IMG/VR virus record: IMGVR_UViG_3300023707_000001
Length of the DNA stretch: 64,000 bases
Source: a virus
Taxonomy: Duplodnaviria > Heunggongvirae > Uroviricota > Caudoviricetes
Reading direction: 5' to 3' (one strand)
A program made the translations under genes and the position numbers. Positions 58,263-64,000 of the stretch are shown in pieces. Position 1 is the stretch's first letter, and each line of letters starts with the position of its first letter. Below the pieces are notes generated by a model. The model worked only from the letters and a program-made list of their open reading frames with translations. It did not search any database and was not told where the DNA came from.

Positions 58263-59747
58263 TCATTCCTCCATAAGCTTGATTATCCTCTTTATATTTG
58301 TTACAAAGAGCGTAGTTGCTCCTTGTAATTCCATGCCTTTCAGGCCTGATGACGATGCTATATCGTAACCATGCCTGTGCTTAATTTCGCTATTCTTAGC
58401 TTCTATCATATATCTCAGAGATGCCAGTTCTTTGAAATGCGCTGTTTCTTGGAAATCTTTCTGTCGTTTATGCTGATCGCATATGATTCTGACAGAATAA
58501 GTTTTAGATTTGGCACCTGGCTTGTAGCAGGCGCCGCACTGCGGGCAATTTTTACATTTTTCAATATCGAAATAGTAGGTAGTTATTTGATTCTTATTTA
58601 CGTTCTTACGGCCAGTACGGGCTTTCCGGATAGCCATATGGCCTTCGGGGCACACAAACATATCGGCGTCCTTGTTATAGTGGAAGCCGCCGTCTCCTTC
58701 TGCGTGAGTGCTATCAGATATAACAGGGTTCAGCTTAGATATAAGTTCAAAAGATTTCTCTGGCGACCCCGCTGACTCTGCCAGCTCAAGATTTTTCTTT
58801 CCTGAATATGCGGTATCACCTATAACCGTATCGACATCCACTCCTGCAGCTTTCGTTTTATTTACCAACATTTCGAGTTGTTCGCCATCGCTGCGCTCCC
58901 CACTGGTGATTACGGCAGCAGTAATAATTCTCTCATCTGTCATAGCAATGTGCGTTTTGTAGCCAAAGAAGGACGTATCAGCAGTTTTGTGACCAGTTCT
59001 AGCGTCAGTATCTTTTGACTGCTGTAGATGCTCAGCATTGTCATTTACAACTTCACTGAGCATGTTCAATTTTTCTTTGACTGCAGGAATAGATGATACA
59101 ATAGAATCTTCTTCAATAACATGTGTTAAATCACGACAATATTGAAGAGCATCTTCAATATTGTCGTTCTCTACCTTCTTGGGGAACTTCTTTTTCCAGT
59201 CCGGGGAAGCGGTCTTATATACTGTCTTACGCAAAAGCTTGGCCTGTTCCAGCAGTTGGGCATAAGCAGACTTCTGGTTATATCTTGCCTTGGTGTGGGT
59301 GGCATCTACGATTATGCGATTGCTCTTGAGTACGCCCTTATCTATAGCTATTTGCACACTTTTAGCGATGAGCATATCCAGAAGGTTCTCATCTGCCAGT
59401 CTCAGTTTGCGGAATTTGGTCAGAGTGGTAGAGTGTATAACATCATCCTCCGGGCGCAGGCCAAGAAAATATTTGAATGACATATCATAACGGCTGCGCT
59501 CTACCAAATCGGCATCAGACATATTGTACAATACTTTAAGGAGAAGATACTTGAACAATAGGATAGGCGATACTGCCATGCGCCCATTATCCAAGCAATA
59601 CTTCTCCCTTAGCTCGTCATATATAAAAGAGAAGTCAACGAGTTTGTTGAATTTTCTGAGAAAATGGTCTTTAGGTATGAGATTGTGGTATAACCCTTCA
59701 TAGGAACTAAACTCAAGTTGCTGAGCGTTGACAAGCATAAATGCCAC
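58263..59747 (-). CDS. IS1182-family DDE transposase
   Basis: IPKDHFLRK, IVDATH, DTDAR.GHK....FFGYKTH, GDTAY, FVCPEGH, RYMIEAKNSEIK. Confidence 0.93.
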   Translation of the reverse strand: MAFMLVNAQQLEFSSYEGLYHNLIPKDHFLRKFNKLVDFSFIYDELREKYCLDNGRMAVSPILLFKYLLLKVLYNMSDADLVERSRYDMSFKYFLGLRPEDDVIHSTTLTKFRKLRLADENLLDMLIAKSVQIAIDKGVLKSNRIIVDATHTKARYNQKSAYAQLLEQAKLLRKTVYKTASPDWKKKFPKKVENDNIEDALQYCRDLTHVIEEDSIVSSIPAVKEKLNMLSEVVNDNAEHLQQSKDTDARTGHKTADTSFFGYKTHIAMTDERIITAAVITSGERSDGEQLEMLVNKTKAAGVDVDTVIGDTAYSGKKNLELAESAGSPEKSFELISKLNPVISDSTHAEGDGGFHYNKDADMFVCPEGHMAIRKARTGRKNVNKNQITTYYFDIEKCKNCPQCGACYKPGAKSKTYSVRIICDQHKRQKDFQETAHFKELASLRYMIEAKNSEIKHRHGYDIASSSGLKGMELQGATTLFVTNIKRIIKLMEE

Positions 59748-59831
59748 CTCTAAAAAGACATATATTCTTATAATAGATAATTATGCTTTAATCATTATAA
59801 GCAAATCAAATGGTAATATATAATTATATCC

Positions 59832-59860
59832 TTGATTTTATTTGTTAATTCTGCTACTAT
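59832..59860 (+). promoter_or_regulatory. Sigma70 promoter for the small RNA
   Basis: TTGATT-17nt-TACTAT with TG extension. Confidence 0.65.
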
Positions 59861-59866
59861 AACTAT

Positions 59867-60009
59867 AAGAGCAGAAGGCAACCTACACAATGATGGTCGC
59901 CTGGTGCTTTCTGAGAGAGATTAGGTAAGAACCCAACATCATCAGATTGCCGTCTGATGGAACGAGACTCAACATGGAGGAGCCGCCCTTGCCGGGGCGG
60001 CTTTTTCTT
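59867..60009 (+). ncRNA. Putative cis-antisense antitoxin sRNA (about 145 nt)
   Basis: Own promoter; stems CAGAAGGCA/TGCTTTCTG and CATCAGA/TCTGATG; terminator AGCCGCCC...GGGCGGCTTTTTCTT. Confidence 0.65.
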
Positions 60010-60130
60010 CATGTGCTTGCTGAGAGCCAAGGCTAGATACTCACCAAAAAGAAAGAACAATAATTCTTAGTATCCCCGGAGGCACCGGAGAATACGAGGT
60101 TTTGCCCAGTGGTATAAATCTTTTCCCATC

Positions 60131-60232
60131 TCAGAGAAAAAACTCTTCCCAATAGCAGCTCCCATAAAGGAGCCAATAGCTGTAAAAACGCTCATCGATT
60201 TGGTTATGTAGATTTAGGAGCGATAGAAACAT
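60131..60232 (-). CDS. Putative type I toxin peptide (33 aa, MFLSLLNLHNQIDERFYSYWLLYGSCYWEEFFL); an alternative 42-aa ORF lies at 60067-60195
   Basis: SD GAGGGAG just upstream, sequestered by the predicted 5'-3' fold-back; promoter at 60337-60365. Confidence 0.4.
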   Translation of the reverse strand: MFLSLLNLHNQIDERFYSYWLLYGSCYWEEFFL

Positions 60233-60336
60233 CACTCCCTCAAGCTTCGGAGTAAAGCACCAGGAAGCTCGACTAGACTTACTTCGACCATCATTATGCG
60301 ACCGTAGCAAAATACGGTAGATTGCCTTCCTCATAT

Positions 60337-60365
60337 AGAATACCAATAAAACGCCCGAAAGTCAA
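60337..60365 (-). promoter_or_regulatory. Sigma70 promoter for the putative toxin mRNA
   Basis: TTGACT-17nt-TATTCT with TG extension on the minus strand. Confidence 0.65.
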
Positions 60366-60620
60366 AAACTTATTGTCCATTATAAAAGTCCACCTAAGTA
60401 GATGAAACTATAGGTGGACTTTTTCAGTGGCCTTCTATTTTGGTTGGGTTCTTTTTGTTTGCACCATATTCAAAATTGTTTTGCCATTTTTCACTATATA
60501 ACAGTCGGTTGAATAAGGCGAAATGTGAAGGTGGAGAAAAATAAAAGTAATATTCCAAACACAGGTAGATAAACGGCGGTTATTAATATACCGCCTATAA
60601 AGATACGAAGAAAGGGTAGT

Positions 60621-60890
60621 TTGAATATGCCAAACAAGAGCTTACTGTCCATGTTTATATCTCTTGCTAAGAAAGTAAGAAATCTTGAAAAAAATGGAAT
60701 TTCATCTGGTACTGGCGGCGGATGTTTATGGGAGCGAGATGAAAACGGCGCCCTGATGCCATCAGATGGAACAAGCAGCGGTGGCGGCGTACCATCAACC
60801 GGAAAAGGAGAAAGCTATTGGATAGAAGATGAAAACGGTGCGCTCGTTCCGGTTCGCTCGGTTCCAGACAAGACAGATTCATCAAAATAG
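60621..60890 (+). CDS. Small tail-associated protein with two W..DENGAL.P repeats
   Basis: LWERDENGALMP / YWIEDENGALVP. Confidence 0.55.
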   Translation: MNMPNKSLLSMFISLAKKVRNLEKNGISSGTGGGCLWERDENGALMPSDGTSSGGGVPSTGKGESYWIEDENGALVPVRSVPDKTDSSK

Positions 60891-60906
60891 GTAAGGAAAC
60901 GATTTT

Positions 60907-61974
60907 ATGACAAATAATGATGTAGTCCCACGTAAAGACCTAGAGGGCAATCTCGGCACAGAGAAAAAGAAATGGGATACTCTGTGGGTAGATAAGATAA
61001 ACGGTGAGAATGCCGAAGAAGTTATTGCAGGCGCAGTTGGTATCGGCGCCGTGCAACAATTCTTACAGACATCTATCCCGGACGGCTGGCTTTCTCTGGA
61101 AGATGGGATAGAAGTTTCGAGAAATACCTACCCAAGTCTTTGGGCATGGGTACAGGAAAATGCTCCGCTGATTACCGACGAAGAATGGTTGACTAAAGCA
61201 GTTACTCAAAAAGCAGTTGCTTATTATTCTCTTGGCGATGGTGAAACTACCTTTAGATTACCACGATTATTAGGATTCGCCGAAGGCAAAGCCGCTAAAA
61301 ACGTTGGCGAATTAAGTGAAGCTGGATTGCCAAACATTACAGGTGAATCTGGCGTACGATTTATTATGAATAATAATGTACCAAAAAGTGGTGCTTTAGA
61401 TGGTTATGCAATGCAATCAAAAGAAGGGTGCGGCTTAGCCTTCGGTTCCTCTAGCGTTTCCTGTGGTGGTGTTGCTATGGATGCCTCTCGCTCCTCCCCC
61501 ATTTACGGTAACTCCATCACGGTACAACCTGAATCCTTTGGCCTTGTCTGGTGCGTAAAAGCTTTCGGCGCCGCCATAAAACAAGGGGTAGTTAATGTCA
61601 CTTCTCTTTCCCATGATGTGGCAATGAAAGCGAATAGAGATTTATCCAATCTCTCGGATAAAGGCAACCGGAAAGGATTCCCAAGTAAAACATGGGTTAG
61701 TATTCCTATAACGGACAATAAAAAACTAATATATACGCCTCCAGCTAACGGATGGGTTCAGGCTTCAATGAGTGCATCAATTAATAATACCGCTGCTGCA
61801 TGGCTTACATTCGGTAACGGTTCAATGGCGACATTCGCCTACCACAGTACACATGATGCCGGATTGGGATTTGCAAACAGTATTCCTGTGGTAAAAGGAA
61901 GAGGGGTGAGTGTGCAAGCGGAAAACTGCACAATCACATCCGCATCTTTTATCTATGCAGAAGGAGAAATTTAG
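60907..61974 (+). CDS. Tail fibre protein with collar domain
   Basis: IPDGWL..DG..VSR.TYP.L, GDGETTFRLP, AGLPNITG, DASRSSPIYG...TVQP. Confidence 0.85.
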   Translation: MTNNDVVPRKDLEGNLGTEKKKWDTLWVDKINGENAEEVIAGAVGIGAVQQFLQTSIPDGWLSLEDGIEVSRNTYPSLWAWVQENAPLITDEEWLTKAVTQKAVAYYSLGDGETTFRLPRLLGFAEGKAAKNVGELSEAGLPNITGESGVRFIMNNNVPKSGALDGYAMQSKEGCGLAFGSSSVSCGGVAMDASRSSPIYGNSITVQPESFGLVWCVKAFGAAIKQGVVNVTSLSHDVAMKANRDLSNLSDKGNRKGFPSKTWVSIPITDNKKLIYTPPANGWVQASMSASINNTAAAWLTFGNGSMATFAYHSTHDAGLGFANSIPVVKGRGVSVQAENCTITSASFIYAEGEI

Positions 61975-61980
61975 ATAAAT

Positions 61981-62367
61981 ATGAGTAGTTATATTGCATA
62001 TAAAGAAAATGAAGACGGTTCTATCCAGGTTCTGGCGGGCAGCCCAAATCCTGCTGTGTTCTCAGCAATCCTGCCGGACGGAACCGAATATAAAATTCAT
62101 AACGGTGAAACATTTACAGCGGGCGGCAAAACCTGGCTCGCAAATACTGCAGACGGCTATCTTGAAGCCAAAGCAGAGGAAGAAAAGCAGGCTGCCATTG
62201 CCCAGCTCGATAGTAAGTATAATACCGATAAGGCTTCTTTAAGCGAACAGTATACCTCTGCTATGATGGCGGACGACATAGAACTCGCCGATGAGATTAA
62301 AGCGGAGCTTATTGCACTTAATGAACAGTATGACGCCGATTATACAAAAATCATGGAGGAAAAATAA
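61981..62367 (+). CDS. Tail fibre assembly/chaperone-like protein
   Basis: Follows the fibre gene; IAQLDSKY...AMMADD motif shared with the 63749 ORF. Confidence 0.55.
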   Translation: MSSYIAYKENEDGSIQVLAGSPNPAVFSAILPDGTEYKIHNGETFTAGGKTWLANTADGYLEAKAEEEKQAAIAQLDSKYNTDKASLSEQYTSAMMADDIELADEIKAELIALNEQYDADYTKIMEEK

Positions 62368-62368
62368 T

Positions 62369-62590
62369 ATGGCATTAATTCCAAGATGCAACCGCTGCAT
62401 CCACAAGATGCGTAACGATGGTACGGAACAGGCACCCAAATGGGTTTGTAATAACAAAAAATGCGTAAAGTATGTAAAACCTGTTCCAAAAGAAGAGATT
62501 AAGCCAGTTACCGAAGAGGTTGCAGAAACACCCGTCACTCCTGCAGAGGATGTAAAGCAGGAAGAACCTGCGGATAAAACACAGGCATGA
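62369..62590 (+). CDS. Small Zn-ribbon protein
   Basis: GGAGG RBS; RCNRC...VCNNKKC. Confidence 0.55.
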   Translation: MALIPRCNRCIHKMRNDGTEQAPKWVCNNKKCVKYVKPVPKEEIKPVTEEVAETPVTPAEDVKQEEPADKTQA

Positions 62591-62650
62591 AATATAAAAG
62601 CGGGCGGATTAAATTTCGCCCGAAAATTCATGTCTTAAAAGGAGAATCTT

Positions 62651-63682
62651 ATGTTAGAAACAAGAGATATTGTTCCCATGCAAAATGGCGAGGGTAATAT
62701 TGGTACAGAGAGTAAAAAGTGGAAAAACCTCTGGGTTGAAAATATTAATGGTGCAAATGCTGATGGCATACCGGTTGGTATAATTCTCGCTTATGGCGGT
62801 AACGGCAATGTTCCTGCAGGGTATCTTCTGTGTGATGGTTCTACCGTATCGCGCGAGATGTTCCCCGATTTATTCAAGGCCGTTGGAACGGATTACGGTG
62901 CTGGAGATGGAAGCACAACATTTAATCTCCCCGATTACAACCAGGCAAAACGTTTCGTGCAGGGCAGTATGACTGCAGGTACGGTTAAAGAAGCAGGGCT
63001 CCCAGATATCAAGGGGAGAATAATGGATACTCCAGAGGTAAACGGTGGATATGCTGGAACAGGAGCTTTTGCTGTTGACAGTGGGGTTGCAGGGGGTGGA
63101 ACGAATGGTATTACACCAGGAGCTAATTGGGTTGGGAGTACTCTCGATGTTGTGTGGAGAAGTTTTGACGCCTCCCGCTCCTCCAATATCTATGGCAAGA
63201 GCGATACGGTTCAACCGGATGCTCTTACCGCACGTTATATTATCAAGGCATTTAGTGGCCAAAGTGAGGATAGTGCACTTGTAAATATTACGAACTATGT
63301 AAATGACCTTGCCGGCAAAGCTAATCGCAGCTTGAGCAACCTGACGGAAGCTGGAAGGGCATTCAGTTTTCCGAGCGATACGTTTGTGAGTATGGGGATC
63401 GCAGCCAACGGACAGACATATATTACGCCTGCCGATGGCTGCGTTTATCTTACTTGTGTCGCACTCGGTTCCAGTTGGATAGCGTGCACCGATTCCGTTA
63501 GCGGGCTACGTTTTACAGATGTTACAGGTACAGCAAGCCAAATCTTAGCTTTTGTACAACCAGTAAGAAAAGGGCAAACGCTAATAATAGGGTATTCTAA
63601 CGTAGGCGGTTTTGACGCCAGATTCTACTATGCCCAAGGCGAAGTACCTGGTGGGGATGCGCTTGTCGAAAATCCCACTTAA
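62651..63682 (+). CDS. Second tail fibre protein with collar domain
   Basis: IPVGIILAY...PAGYLLCDGSTVSR..FPDLF...GAGDGSTTFNLPD; paralog of 60907. Confidence 0.88.
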   Translation: MLETRDIVPMQNGEGNIGTESKKWKNLWVENINGANADGIPVGIILAYGGNGNVPAGYLLCDGSTVSREMFPDLFKAVGTDYGAGDGSTTFNLPDYNQAKRFVQGSMTAGTVKEAGLPDIKGRIMDTPEVNGGYAGTGAFAVDSGVAGGGTNGITPGANWVGSTLDVVWRSFDASRSSNIYGKSDTVQPDALTARYIIKAFSGQSEDSALVNITNYVNDLAGKANRSLSNLTEAGRAFSFPSDTFVSMGIAANGQTYITPADGCVYLTCVALGSSWIACTDSVSGLRFTDVTGTASQILAFVQPVRKGQTLIIGYSNVGGFDARFYYAQGEVPGGDALVENPT

Positions 63683-63748
63683 AAAGCTGCGCTTACCATA
63701 AAGATTTACAGTAATGGTTAGTTAAGAAAAGGAGTAACCAAAAACAAA

Positions 63749-64000
63749 ATGATTTGGTATAACACAGAAACACACGTGATGCAGACAACAAATCCTGCGG
63801 GCGGATGGCGTTCTGCAGAATACATGGCCCAGAATTATCCCGAGTGGAAACAGGTAGAGGACGATTTTGAGCCGCCCGCAGTTGAGCACGTTCCAACAAA
63901 AGAGGAAAAGCTTGCTGCACTGGACAAAGGGTATGAAGCACAGCGCAAGGAGCTGACGGATTACTTTGTTCAGGCAATGCTTTCTGGAGACACAGAACTT
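63749..64000 (+). CDS. Tail fibre assembly-like protein, 3'-partial
   Basis: AAGGAG RBS; MIWYNTETH...KLAALDKGYEAQRKELTDYFVQAMLSGDTEL, paralog of 61981. Confidence 0.6.
   Translation, partial: MIWYNTETHVMQTTNPAGGWRSAEYMAQNYPEWKQVEDDFEPPAVEHVPTKEEKLAALDKGYEAQRKELTDYFVQAMLSGDTEL

Larger units (their letters stand above)
58130..60433. mobile_element. IS1182-family insertion sequence (about 2.3 kb) with passenger RNA module
   Basis: 14-bp terminal IRs AGGCCACTGAAAAA (58131-58144) and TTTTTCAGTGGCCT (60420-60433); direct repeat TCTATTTTGG at 58120-58129 and 60434-60443. Confidence 0.9.

Noticed and set aside
449-58266. Numerous minus-strand ORFs (e.g. 21727-22890, 25572-26366, 34241-35188, 41605-42606)
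   Set aside because: Antisense shadows of well-supported + strand genes, with no motifs or RBSs
59867-60009. The sRNA as a riboswitch or self-cleaving ribozyme
   Set aside because: No recognisable aptamer or ribozyme consensus and no downstream gene; an antisense TA architecture explains it better
60907-63682. Diversity-generating retroelement or shufflon acting on tail fibres
   Set aside because: No reverse transcriptase, template repeat, invertase or inverted cassettes seen in this window

Overview
This 64-kb window is part of a large tailed phage or phage-plasmid/prophage genome. The host is probably an anaerobic Firmicute or Negativicute; this is inferred from gene style and is not proven. 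Almost all real genes are on the + strand. (1) 1-29.3 kb is a virion/tail-type structural region with collagen-like and tail-fibre-like proteins. Embedded in it is a co-transcribed cassette of three radical SAM enzymes (SPASM-type, SPASM-less, HemN-like) around a protein with nine CxCxxR repeats. (2) 29.4-50.3 kb is a replication/regulation region: AEP primase, DnaB-like helicase, Rha/antirepressor, GroES, Cas4-like and DUF1064 nucleases, a sigma-like factor, LemA/TPM, RecJ and a free-standing LAGLIDADG endonuclease. It ends with dnaE, split by two closely related group I introns (45494-46948, 47190-48957), each encoding a repeat-array PD-(D/E)xK homing endonuclease. (3) 50.3-64 kb holds lysis-like genes, a metallophosphoesterase, a GT2 glycosyltransferase, a BspA-like LRR protein and two tail-fibre/assembly cassettes. 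An IS1182-family element (58130-60433) sits in a terminator there and carries what looks like a type I toxin-antitoxin RNA pair. The best candidates for an undescribed system are the rSAM/CxCxxR virion-modification cassette and the IS-borne RNA module. All calls are by eye from motifs; no database searches were run.
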